From the IMG/VR virus record IMGVR_UViG_3300013621_000001: 20,000 bases of DNA; one strand, 5' to 3'. Of the stretch, positions 1 through 8,131 are shown piece by piece. The position numbers were made by a program, and so were the translations under genes. Source of the DNA: an uncultured virus (IMG/VR IMGVR_UViG_3300013621_000001) (taxonomy: Duplodnaviria; Heunggongvirae; Uroviricota; Caudoviricetes). Within the stretch, counting starts at the first letter, position 1. Every line of letters begins with the position of its first letter. Under the pieces are notes generated by a model. That model searched no databases, was not told the origin of the DNA, and saw only the letters and a list, made by a program, of their open reading frames with translations.

Positions 1-3000
1 CAGCTCCAGGGAAATCGCCGGCATGTTCCAGGCCGTGGTCGAGGCCTACCAGGATGCAGAAGACATTGAAGAAGGTGCGCGCCTGACCTGCCAAGCCAAG
101 CATGTGGACGGCGGCATGAATGCCGGCAAGAAGGAAGCACGGCTGGATTGGCTCAAGGCCTCTACCCCGCCGGACACCTGCCGCATCCTGTCCAACGTGC
201 GCTGCCTGTCCGAAGGCGTGGACGTTCCGGCACTGGATGCGGTGCTCTTCCTCACCCCGCGCAACTCGCAGGTGGACGTGGTGCAGTCCGTCGGTCGGGT
301 GATGCGCAATGCACCGGGCAAGCAACGCGGCTACGTGGTGCTGCCGGTGGTGATCCCGGCCGGCGTGGAGCCGCACGAGGCACTCAACGACAACAAGACC
401 TACGCCGTGGTCTGGCAGGTGCTGCAGGCGCTGCGCTCCCACGATGACCGCTTCGACGCGATGGTCAACAAGCTGGACCTGGTCGGCCCGGACCGCAGCA
501 AGATGGAAGTGGTGGCCATTGCCGATACCGTGCAGCGCAAGACCGCGCGGCTGGTGGACAGTAGTGCCAAGGCGGCCAAGGCCAAGGGCCAGTACGCCAT
601 CGGCGAGAAGGCCGAGCGCTATGGTCCGGCCCCGGACCAGATCGGTTTCGAGTTCGAGGTCGGCCAGATCGAGCGAGCGCTGTACGCCAAGGTGGTGGAG
701 AAGTGCGGCAACCGCCACCACTGGGAGGACTGGGCCAACGACATCGCCAAGATCGCCCAGACCCACATCGACCGCATCAAGGCGGTGCTGGAGGACGCCA
801 GCCAGCCCAAGGCACGCGAGGCCTTCGATGCCTTTGCCCATGAGCTGCGCGATGACCTCAACGACAAGGTCAGTGATGGCGAGATCATCGAGATGCTGGC
901 CCAGCACCTCATCACGAAGCCGGTGTTCGATGCACTGTTCGCCGATTACAGTTTTGCCAGCCACAACCCCATGTCTAAGGCCATGCAGGCCGTGCTGGAC
1001 GTTCTTCACGAAGAGAATCTAGGCAAGGAGGCGGACACCCTGGAGCGGTTCTACGGCAGCGTGAAGCTGCGCGCGGAGGGCATCGACAGTGCCCAGGGCA
1101 AGCAGAAGATCATCGTCGAGCTGTACGACAAGTTCTTCCGCAATGCGTTCCCGAAGATGACGGAGCGGTTGGGCATCGTCTACACCCCGGTGGAGGTGGT
1201 GGATTTCATCCTGCACAGCGTCAACCACCTGCTGCAGCAGGAGTTCGGCCAAACCCTGGGCAGCAAGGGTGTGCATATCCTTGACCCGTTCACGGGCACG
1301 GGAACCTTTATCACCCGCTTGCTGCAGTCCGGCCTGATCAAGCCGGAGGAACTGGCGCACAAATACAGGCACGAAATCCACGCCAACGAGCTGGTGTTGC
1401 TGGCGTACTACATCGCCGCCATCAACATCGAGGCGACGTATCACGGCCTCGCCGGTGGTGACTACGTGCCGTTCGAGGGCATCTGTCTGACCGACACCTT
1501 CCAGATGTACGAGAAGGAGGATCTGGTGGATCAGCTGCTGGTGGACAACAGTGCACGGCGTAAGCGGCAAAAGCAACTGGATATCCGGGTGATTGTGGGC
1601 AATCCGCCGTATTCGATTGGACAGGGCAGTCAGAACGACAACAACCAGAATGTCAGCTACCCAACGCTGGATCGACGAATTGCCTCAACTTATGCGGCTC
1701 GCTCAGAGGCCACCAACTCAAAAGGGGTTTACGACAGCTATATCCGCGCCATCCGCTGGGCGAGTGATCGCATCGGCAGCGCCGGCATCATCGGCTTCGT
1801 CACCAATGCCGGCTGGCTGGAAGCCAACACCGCCGACGGCCTGCGCAAGTGCCTGGCAGAAGAGTTCTCGGACATCTACGTGTTCCACCTGCGCGGCAAC
1901 CAGCGCACCAGTGGCGAAACCTCGCGCAAGGAAGGCGGCAAGATTTTTGGCAGCGGCAGTCGCGCCCCCATTGCTATCTCGCTGCTGGTGAAGAACCCGC
2001 AGGCCAGCGAATACGGCCGCATATTCTTCCACGACATCGGCAACTACCTAAGCCGCGAGGAAAAGCTAGAGAGGATCGGCAGCTACGCCAACCTCGAAGG
2101 CGTTCCAACTTGGCAAGAAATCACGCCGGACGAACATGGCGATTGGCTCAGCCACCGAAATAGTGATTTCGAGAAATACATTGTCTTGGGAGTAAAGCAG
2201 GGCGACTATCCTCGAGTATTCGAAGCCTATTCTCAGGGTATTGTCACGTCACGCGATGCGTGGTCGTACAACTTCAAGAGGAGCACCCTAGAGAAAAACA
2301 TTCAACGCACGATAGATTTTTTTAATGCAGAGGTTGGAAGACTGGATGAGCTACTTCCGAGGGAGGACAGAAAAGGTCGGGAGGCGAGCCTTACGGACTT
2401 CTTGGACGCTGATACCACACGAATCAGCTGGAGTCGCGCATTAAAGAATGAGCTTGTAAGAGGTCGCGAGATTGATTTCTTTAGCGAAGATGTCAAGTTT
2501 AGTCTCTATCGCCCTTTTACAAAGCAATACGTCTACTTGAACCGCAAGCTTTGTGAGTATGCGGGAATGATGCCGGCCGCGTTTCCTCGCGGAGAAAGTA
2601 ACTTGTTCATTTGCGCAAGCGGCAGAGGAGCCGACGCATTCTCCGTTTTGATGGCAAATGAGCCAATTGACTTCCAAACCCTGTTCAATGGTCAATGTTT
2701 CCCTCGTTACCTCTACGACGAAGCCGCCAAGCATTCTGATGACGGCTTGTTCTCTAACGAATCCAGCGACAGCCCGCGCCGCCGCGACGCCATCACCGAT
2801 GCCGGTCTGGCGCATTTCGCCCGTGTCTATCCGGACGAGACGATCAGCAAGGAAGACCTGTTCTATTACATCTACGGCATCCTGCATTCGCCTGACTACC
2901 GCGAACGCTATGCCGACAACCTGGGCAAGGAGCTGCCGCGCATACCGCGCGTGCGCACTTCCGCTGACTTCTGGCATTTCAGCAAGGCCGGCCGCGAACT

Positions 3001-3436
3001 GGCCGCACTGCACTTGAACTACGAAACCATCGAAAAGTACCCGCTCACGATCCAGACCAAGGGACCGCTCACCGACGCCGACTATCGCGTCGAGAAGATG
3101 AAATTCGCCAAGAAGAAAGACCCGGAGACTGGCAAGAACGTCAACGACCGCAGCACCGTGATCTACAACACCAAGATCACCCTGAGCGGTATTCCCGAAG
3201 CGGCATGGGACTACGTGATCAACGGCAAGGCCGCACTGGACTGGGTGATGGAGCGTCAGGCAGTGCGCGTGGACAAGGCCAGCGGCATAGTCAACGACGC
3301 CAACGACTGGGCTATCGAAACGATGGGCAACCCCAAATACCCGCTGGAACTGTTCCAGCGGGTGATCACTGTCAGCCTGGAAACCCAGAAGATCGTCAAC
3401 GCATTGCCGGCGCTGAATATTCACCCGGAGGGCTGA
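1..3436 (+). CDS. Type ISP restriction-modification enzyme (LlaGI/LlaBIII-like: SF2 helicase C-terminal part, coupler, N6-adenine MTase, target recognition domain); 5' end outside the window
   Basis: Frame is open from base 2. Helicase motifs LSEGVDVPALD and QSVGRVMR; MTase motif I ILDPFTGTGTF and motif IV GNPPY; Type ISP-like C-terminal YRPF and YADNLGKELPRIP. Confidence 0.93.
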   Translation, partial: SSREIAGMFQAVVEAYQDAEDIEEGARLTCQAKHVDGGMNAGKKEARLDWLKASTPPDTCRILSNVRCLSEGVDVPALDAVLFLTPRNSQVDVVQSVGRVMRNAPGKQRGYVVLPVVIPAGVEPHEALNDNKTYAVVWQVLQALRSHDDRFDAMVNKLDLVGPDRSKMEVVAIADTVQRKTARLVDSSAKAAKAKGQYAIGEKAERYGPAPDQIGFEFEVGQIERALYAKVVEKCGNRHHWEDWANDIAKIAQTHIDRIKAVLEDASQPKAREAFDAFAHELRDDLNDKVSDGEIIEMLAQHLITKPVFDALFADYSFASHNPMSKAMQAVLDVLHEENLGKEADTLERFYGSVKLRAEGIDSAQGKQKIIVELYDKFFRNAFPKMTERLGIVYTPVEVVDFILHSVNHLLQQEFGQTLGSKGVHILDPFTGTGTFITRLLQSGLIKPEELAHKYRHEIHANELVLLAYYIAAINIEATYHGLAGGDYVPFEGICLTDTFQMYEKEDLVDQLLVDNSARRKRQKQLDIRVIVGNPPYSIGQGSQNDNNQNVSYPTLDRRIASTYAARSEATNSKGVYDSYIRAIRWASDRIGSAGIIGFVTNAGWLEANTADGLRKCLAEEFSDIYVFHLRGNQRTSGETSRKEGGKIFGSGSRAPIAISLLVKNPQASEYGRIFFHDIGNYLSREEKLERIGSYANLEGVPTWQEITPDEHGDWLSHRNSDFEKYIVLGVKQGDYPRVFEAYSQGIVTSRDAWSYNFKRSTLEKNIQRTIDFFNAEVGRLDELLPREDRKGREASLTDFLDADTTRISWSRALKNELVRGREIDFFSEDVKFSLYRPFTKQYVYLNRKLCEYAGMMPAAFPRGESNLFICASGRGADAFSVLMANEPIDFQTLFNGQCFPRYLYDEAAKHSDDGLFSNESSDSPRRRDAITDAGLAHFARVYPDETISKEDLFYYIYGILHSPDYRERYADNLGKELPRIPRVRTSADFWHFSKAGRELAALHLNYETIEKYPLTIQTKGPLTDADYRVEKMKFAKKKDPETGKNVNDRSTVIYNTKITLSGIPEAAWDYVINGKAALDWVMERQAVRVDKASGIVNDANDWAIETMGNPKYPLELFQRVITVSLETQKIVNALPALNIHPEG

Positions 3437-3522
3437 AACGCTTCCGGATATGCCGTGCACACGTTGATCCGTTCATCCCAAGACAAGGGCCTCGCGCCCT
3501 TGGTCTTTTTCAAGGGCTTTAA

Positions 3523-4062
3523 GTGATTCGCTACAAACCTCCTTCCAGAAGAAAAATTGCCCAACAACTCGCGCGTGCGGGTGCGGACGTTAACCAGCAG
3601 ATCGGGGGATCGCTATGGATTTCCTCGAACCTGCAGGGGGTTGGCATCGCCAAGCTGGGCGCTGATGATTTGGGGCATCTGCGCGAAGCAAGGAACATGC
3701 TAGACAAAGCGCTGGGCGAGCTAGCAGCCATGGGTGCACCCTTTGCTTCCAAGCTTCCACATAACTTCCCTATGAACCTGCAGGAATCCGAGCAGCCACT
3801 AGGCTGGTTGAATCCGGACGTTATTGAACCCATCGCACGTGCCGCTTGGCATTTGGATTTTTGCATCGACACTTACCGCCCTGGAAAGAGCAGCGCTCAT
3901 CATCAATTCTGGAAGGAGCTAAATCGTTACTTTGAGGTTGAAGGAATAAAAGCCACCTTCAGCTCATCCAGCCCTATTGTGATGATATTTGCCGAATGTA
4001 CTGGGCTGACCCCAGAATCGGCCTACCACGCAGCCAAGAAATTTCGCAAGGTACAAAAATAG
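3523..4062 (+). CDS. Hypothetical protein (179 aa) upstream of alpA
   Basis: ORF fills the gap between the RM gene and alpA on the same strand; lower GC; no motif recognised; GTG start uncertain. Confidence 0.6.
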   Translation: MIRYKPPSRRKIAQQLARAGADVNQQIGGSLWISSNLQGVGIAKLGADDLGHLREARNMLDKALGELAAMGAPFASKLPHNFPMNLQESEQPLGWLNPDVIEPIARAAWHLDFCIDTYRPGKSSAHHQFWKELNRYFEVEGIKATFSSSSPIVMIFAECTGLTPESAYHAAKKFRKVQK

Positions 4063-4144
4063 AGATTTCCTGGCGATCTTACCCCCTGACTGGGGCACGT
4101 CAAAAAATCACCATTGTCTGCGTTGAACCACATGGAACGCAGCT

Positions 4145-4348
4145 ATGCCCCGCAAGACGTTACTGCGCCTCCCCGGCGTTGAAGACAAGATGGGCCTTCG
4201 TAAGTCCCAGATTTATGCACTCATCAAAGCAGGTGCCTTTCCGCCACCCGTGAAGCTGTCCGAGCGTTGCAGCGCATGGGTGGAATCCGAGCTGGACGAA
4301 TGGATCGAAAGCCGCATTGCGGCTTCGCGGAAGGAGGCTTCTGCATGA
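4145..4348 (+). CDS. alpA: AlpA-family DNA-binding regulator / excisionase
   Basis: LLRLPGVEDKMGLRKSQIYALIKAGAFPPPVKLSERCSAWVESELDEWI is a typical AlpA sequence. Confidence 0.93.
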   Translation: MPRKTLLRLPGVEDKMGLRKSQIYALIKAGAFPPPVKLSERCSAWVESELDEWIESRIAASRKEASA

Positions 4349-4722
4349 TCCAGAAACGACGAGGCCCCGGCGGGAACCGGGGCCATGCACACGCTGGCAG
4401 GCTGGGTGCACGGCAAGTTTACGGTAAGAATGGCCTGAACAGCGCGCGCCTGCCTGAGAACTGGCGGGACCGGCTGCCCGACCCCAGAAGCTACTATCAC
4501 AAGCGTGTTGCCAAATTGGGCAAGGCGCAAGGCGATGGCTGGGCGCAGGGACAATGCCCTTTCCACGAAGACCGTAATGCCTCACTGAGTGTAAATCTGA
4601 GGCATGGCGGCTGGACATGCTTTGCCGGCTGCGATTCGGGCGACTTGGTGAGCTTCCATATGCGCTATACCGGTCTTTCGTTCAAGGCTGCAGCGCGCGA
4701 GCTGCTGGGGCTGCGGTCATGA
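4345..4722 (+). CDS. Stand-alone CHC2 zinc-finger (DnaG-type primase zinc-binding domain) protein, 125 aa
   Basis: CPFHEDRNASLSVN...WTCFAGC motif; ATG 4345 overlaps the alpA stop (ATGA) with AAGGAGG upstream. Confidence 0.85.
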   Translation: MIQKRRGPGGNRGHAHAGRLGARQVYGKNGLNSARLPENWRDRLPDPRSYYHKRVAKLGKAQGDGWAQGQCPFHEDRNASLSVNLRHGGWTCFAGCDSGDLVSFHMRYTGLSFKAAARELLGLRS

Positions 4723-6812
4723 GCGCCGTTTCTGTGGAAGCAGCCCGAACTGCTGCACGTCGGCTGGCTGACGGAGCGATTCGCCGGGGCATGCAACCGG
4801 TCGGGCTGCACGTCTACACCAGCGCCGATGGTGCCCCGCTGTTCTGGCGCATCCGCTGCAAACATCCCGGCACGGGCGAAAAGTGGATTCGGCCGATGCA
4901 CTGGAATGGCAGCGAATATGTCATTGGTGAGCCGCCTGCACCGGTTGCCGGGAAGTCGCTGTACCGCCTGCATGAGCTGGCAAGCGCCGGTGATGCAGCG
5001 ACGGTGTACGTGGTCGAGGGCGAAGCCTGCGCCGATGCCCTGGCCGAGCTGGGCCTGCTGGCCACGACCAGTGGCGGCGCATCAAGTGCTGACGGTGCCG
5101 ATTGGTCGCCGCTGGCGGGGCGATGTGTCCGCCTGTGGCCCGACCGCGACGAACAGGGCACCAAGTACGCTGCCGACGTGGAAGACCGCCTGCGCGCGCT
5201 GGGTAGCATTGTCGAGCGCCTCAACGTGGATGCCCTGGGGCTTCCCGCCAAGGGCGATTGCGTGGATTGGTTGGCGGTGCACCCAGGTGCTGATGCGGTC
5301 GCGGTGAATGCCTTGCCACTGGCAGATGCAGCGCGCGCGGCCAGTCAAGCGGAGCTACCCACCCCAGAGCCGCTACCCGATCCGCTGCCAGCAGTCCCGG
5401 TATTCAATCCGGCCCTGCTACCCGACTGCGTGCGCACTTGGTGCACCGACGCGGCCGACAGCCTGCAAGTGCCGCTGGACTTTACGGCAGTACCGGCGAT
5501 GGTGGGCCTGGCGGCAGCGCTGGGTGGGCGGCAACTTGCTGTGCGGCTCAAAACCCATGGGCATTGGTACGAAAGGCCCATCCTGTGGGGTTGTGTGGTC
5601 GGGCGGCCGAGTAGCGGCAAAAGCCCAGCTTTGTCGCCAGCGCGCCGCCTGCTGGAGAGCGTCGTCGGCCCAGAGCGCGAAGAATACGAAAGGGCTCGCA
5701 AGGTGCACGAGGGCAAGGCGATCCTGGCTGATGCACGCAAAGCGCACGCCAAGGATGAGGCCCGCAAGGCCATCAAAAAAGGGATACCCATCGACCCCGA
5801 GGCCTTGGGCGAATCCGCCCGTTTCGATGATGACGCGCCCACAGAACCCCGCCTAGTGGTCAACGATGCAACGGTGGAAAAGCTGGGCGAATTGTTGAAC
5901 GAGAATCCGCGTGGGTTGATTCAGTTCCGCGATGAGCTGGCCGGGTGGCTGGCATCCCTGGACCGGGAGGGACGCGAGCAGGACCGCGCGTTCTGGCTGG
6001 AGTGCTGGAATGGCACTGGCCCGTATACGTGTGACCGCATTGGCCGGGGAACTGTTCGCATTGAGGCGTGTGCGGTGTCGATCTTGGGCGGCATGCAGCC
6101 GGGCAAGCTGGTCGAGTACGTACGCGGCGCGGTGCGCGGTGGATTTTCCGACGATGGCCTGATGCAACGTTTCCAGTTAGCTGTTTATCCTGACCTGCCG
6201 GCATCCTGGCGCTACACCGACAGGCCGCTGGACCGGGAAGCTGAGGAACGCGCCCGTGCTGCGTTCAACCGGCTTCGCGCGCTGATCCCTGCGGACGTGG
6301 GGGCAGAGACCACCGAGGCCTGCGACATGCCATTCCTGCACCTGTCCGAGGATGCCCAAGCGCTGTTCGTTGAATGGCAGACCGAGCTGATGCAACGGCT
6401 GCGCGCTGGCAGCGAGCCGCCCTTCATGGAATCGCACCTGGCCAAGTATCCCGCCCTGGCGGGCCGGCTGGCACTGGTGCTGCATCTGGCCGACAACGGC
6501 ACCGGGCCAGTCTCCGCCGATGCCGTGCTCAAGGCTTTGGGCTGGTGCGAGCATCTGGAAAGACATGCGCGCCGCATCTATGCCCCTGCCACCGATAACG
6601 GACTGACCGCCGCCCACCTACTATTGCGCAAACGTGACAGCCTCGCCGATGGGTTCAGCGCCCGCGACGTGTATCGCAAGTGCTGGGCCGGCTTGAATGA
6701 TCCGGACACCGTGACCGAGGCGCTGGCGGTGCTGTCCGACCACTACCATGTGATCGAGGTGGCCGAGACAACCGGCGGTCGCCCGTTCACATCCTACCGG
6801 TGGGTGGCATGA
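4719..6812 (+). CDS. TOPRIM + DUF3987/YfjI-type P-loop protein (putative primase-helicase), 697 aa
   Basis: TOPRIM VYVVEGE and WPDRD (DxD); Walker A GRPSSGKS; DATVEKLGELL, RDELAGWL and DGLMQRF as in DUF3987; ATGA overlap at 4719-4722. Confidence 0.85.
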   Translation: MSAVSVEAARTAARRLADGAIRRGMQPVGLHVYTSADGAPLFWRIRCKHPGTGEKWIRPMHWNGSEYVIGEPPAPVAGKSLYRLHELASAGDAATVYVVEGEACADALAELGLLATTSGGASSADGADWSPLAGRCVRLWPDRDEQGTKYAADVEDRLRALGSIVERLNVDALGLPAKGDCVDWLAVHPGADAVAVNALPLADAARAASQAELPTPEPLPDPLPAVPVFNPALLPDCVRTWCTDAADSLQVPLDFTAVPAMVGLAAALGGRQLAVRLKTHGHWYERPILWGCVVGRPSSGKSPALSPARRLLESVVGPEREEYERARKVHEGKAILADARKAHAKDEARKAIKKGIPIDPEALGESARFDDDAPTEPRLVVNDATVEKLGELLNENPRGLIQFRDELAGWLASLDREGREQDRAFWLECWNGTGPYTCDRIGRGTVRIEACAVSILGGMQPGKLVEYVRGAVRGGFSDDGLMQRFQLAVYPDLPASWRYTDRPLDREAEERARAAFNRLRALIPADVGAETTEACDMPFLHLSEDAQALFVEWQTELMQRLRAGSEPPFMESHLAKYPALAGRLALVLHLADNGTGPVSADAVLKALGWCEHLERHARRIYAPATDNGLTAAHLLLRKRDSLADGFSARDVYRKCWAGLNDPDTVTEALAVLSDHYHVIEVAETTGGRPFTSYRWVA

Positions 6813-7351
6813 GCGCGTGGCGGGCCCGTCTGGCCGAGCTGACCGGCAGAAACGTCCTGCAAGCGCCATCCTGCCAACTGACAGAACTGCCAGAAGCCGC
6901 TTTTGTCAGTTCTGGCAGCGATCAGAATGGGCATTGCAGAAGAAACGCAGGGGCGAATGACATGCGCTTGCACCTGCTGGCCCTGGCCGTGGATGAAGGC
7001 ATGAATACCGGCTTGGTCCACGACCTTCCGGATAAGGAAGTGGCCGGCTGTGCCGGGCATAGCGACGTGACCTTGCGTGCTTACCTGGGCGCGCTGCAGG
7101 CCCGCACGTTTCTGGATCGCGGCATTGCCCCGCCAGCCTGGGGCGAGCCGGTGGCGGTCACCTGTGAGGGCTGCGGCCCGGTGCTGCTGTGGCCGGAGTG
7201 CCCGCCGATGGTGAAGGCTTGTCCGTGGTGCTTCCGCCGTAAAGCAGAAAAGCCCATTGCCCGGCCAATGAGGACGCTGCTGAGGGAAGATGCACAGAAC
7301 TCCAATGGGTCGCCGTACTTCCTGCCGCGTGGGGCGAGTCATGATCGGTGA
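6809..7351 (+). CDS. Hypothetical protein with C-terminal CxxC...CPxC zinc-ribbon-like motif, 180 aa
   Basis: ATGA overlap at 6809-6812; TCEGCG...ACPWC. Confidence 0.65.
   Translation: MSAWRARLAELTGRNVLQAPSCQLTELPEAAFVSSGSDQNGHCRRNAGANDMRLHLLALAVDEGMNTGLVHDLPDKEVAGCAGHSDVTLRAYLGALQARTFLDRGIAPPAWGEPVAVTCEGCGPVLLWPECPPMVKACPWCFRRKAEKPIARPMRTLLREDAQNSNGSPYFLPRGASHDR
6871..6918. repeat. Inverted array of 9-bp units CTG(A/C)CA(G/A)AA; candidate iterons
   Basis: ctgacagaa (6878-6886) and ctgccagaa (6887-6895), 5-bp spacer, then ttttgtcag (6901-6909) and ttctggcag (6910-6918). Confidence 0.6.
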
Positions 7352-7967
7352 CGGTTACCTGAGCCGGGACAAGGCGCATTTGGCTGCCCTGCAGCGCGCG
7401 CGACGGGAAAGGATGCGACGCATCGACTACATGCCGGGCCGCGATGCACACTCGGTGTTCGAAGCGCGGCAGGCGCAGGAGCGGCAAGACAGCGCCGAGG
7501 CGACCAACAGCGCGGTGCTGGATGCCATTCTGATCGAGTGGGCCGAGCTGACCGGAATAAAGTACGGCCAAGTAGAACAGCCCAAGACTTCGGCACCAGA
7601 GCCGGAGTTTCGTGCCACCAACACGCGGGCGCGTATGACTTCGGAGCCGTTGCCGGAATTGTTTCCCCCATTGCGCGCGTGCGTGCGCGCGTATGACTCC
7701 GGACGCGCGGGTAACCACAAGATCACCGCAAGACTGGAAAAGCAGGCCGACAAGTGCGGGGCGGCTCGCCACCGTGACGGCCTGCCATGCCAGGCTAGAC
7801 CAGAGCCAGGCAAACGACGTTGTCGCTTTCACGGAGGACGATCCACTGGCCCTACGACCGAGGCCGGCAAAGCCAAGGCGCAGGCAAACCTGCGGCAGAA
7901 CCGGCCAGCCGAACAGCCCAAGCGGGAGCATCGTGGCGGTAACTTTGGCGGTAACTCGAAAGACTGA
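7341..7967 (+). CDS. HGGxSTG-domain protein, 208 aa
   Basis: CGAARHRDGLPCQARPEPGKRRCRFHGGRSTGPTTEAGK; ATG 7341 overlaps the previous ORF by 11 nt. Confidence 0.8.
   Translation: MIGDGYLSRDKAHLAALQRARRERMRRIDYMPGRDAHSVFEARQAQERQDSAEATNSAVLDAILIEWAELTGIKYGQVEQPKTSAPEPEFRATNTRARMTSEPLPELFPPLRACVRAYDSGRAGNHKITARLEKQADKCGAARHRDGLPCQARPEPGKRRCRFHGGRSTGPTTEAGKAKAQANLRQNRPAEQPKREHRGGNFGGNSKD
7934..7956 (+). repeat. Direct repeat TGGCGGTAACT x2; putative P4-type integrase arm-binding sites
   Basis: Perfect 11-bp repeats at 7934-7944 and 7946-7956, resembling the GGCGGTA/GGGGGTA tandem arm sites near att ends of P4-like islands. Confidence 0.65.
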
Positions 7968-8006
7968 ACGGACTTATTTCGCGCAGTTGCTACGTTTCAG
8001 GCCATA

Positions 8007-8029
8007 GTTTGATAGAGCCCACCCCACCA
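8007..8029 (+). other. Putative att junction (degenerate tRNA 3'-end-like fragment)
   Basis: GTTTGAT...CCCACCCCACCA, about 50 bp after the arm repeats and just upstream of the next integrase; T-arm match is poor. Confidence 0.4.
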
Positions 8030-8077
8030 TTTGTAAGCAGTTCAGCTGTATCTTGCTGATTCTGTTGGGTTTTGGCA

Positions 8078-8131
8078 GGGCGCGATACCGAAAAACGATC
8101 TTTCCAAAAGGATCTTTTGAGGTATCGCCCC
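8078..8131 (+). promoter_or_regulatory. Long imperfect hairpin covering the integrase ribosome-binding site
   Basis: GCGATACC (8082-8089) pairs with GGTATCGC (8121-8128); inner AAAA/TTTT and GATC/GATC pairs; SD GAGG at 8119-8122. Confidence 0.55.

Larger units (their letters stand above)
1..8029. mobile_element. Phage-satellite-like (P4/PICI-type) genomic island, right part
   Basis: alpA plus primase module, arm-type repeats and RM cargo; its own integrase is not in the window. Confidence 0.7.

Noticed and set aside
2441..3460. 339-aa minus-strand ORF
   Set aside because: Antisense shadow of the GC3-rich RM gene; no motifs.
4119..4128. TGCGTTGAAC upstream of alpA, matching part of the operator
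   Set aside because: The right half of the palindrome is missing; likely chance.
4617..4718. Longer N-terminus of the primase/helicase ORF
   Set aside because: Overlaps the CHC2 gene; the ATGA-coupled start at 4719 is more plausible.
7158..7931. 257-aa minus-strand ORF
   Set aside because: Antisense to the motif-bearing HGGxSTG gene.
8007..8029. Complete tRNA gene
   Set aside because: Only a CCACCA-type end is present; no cloverleaf.
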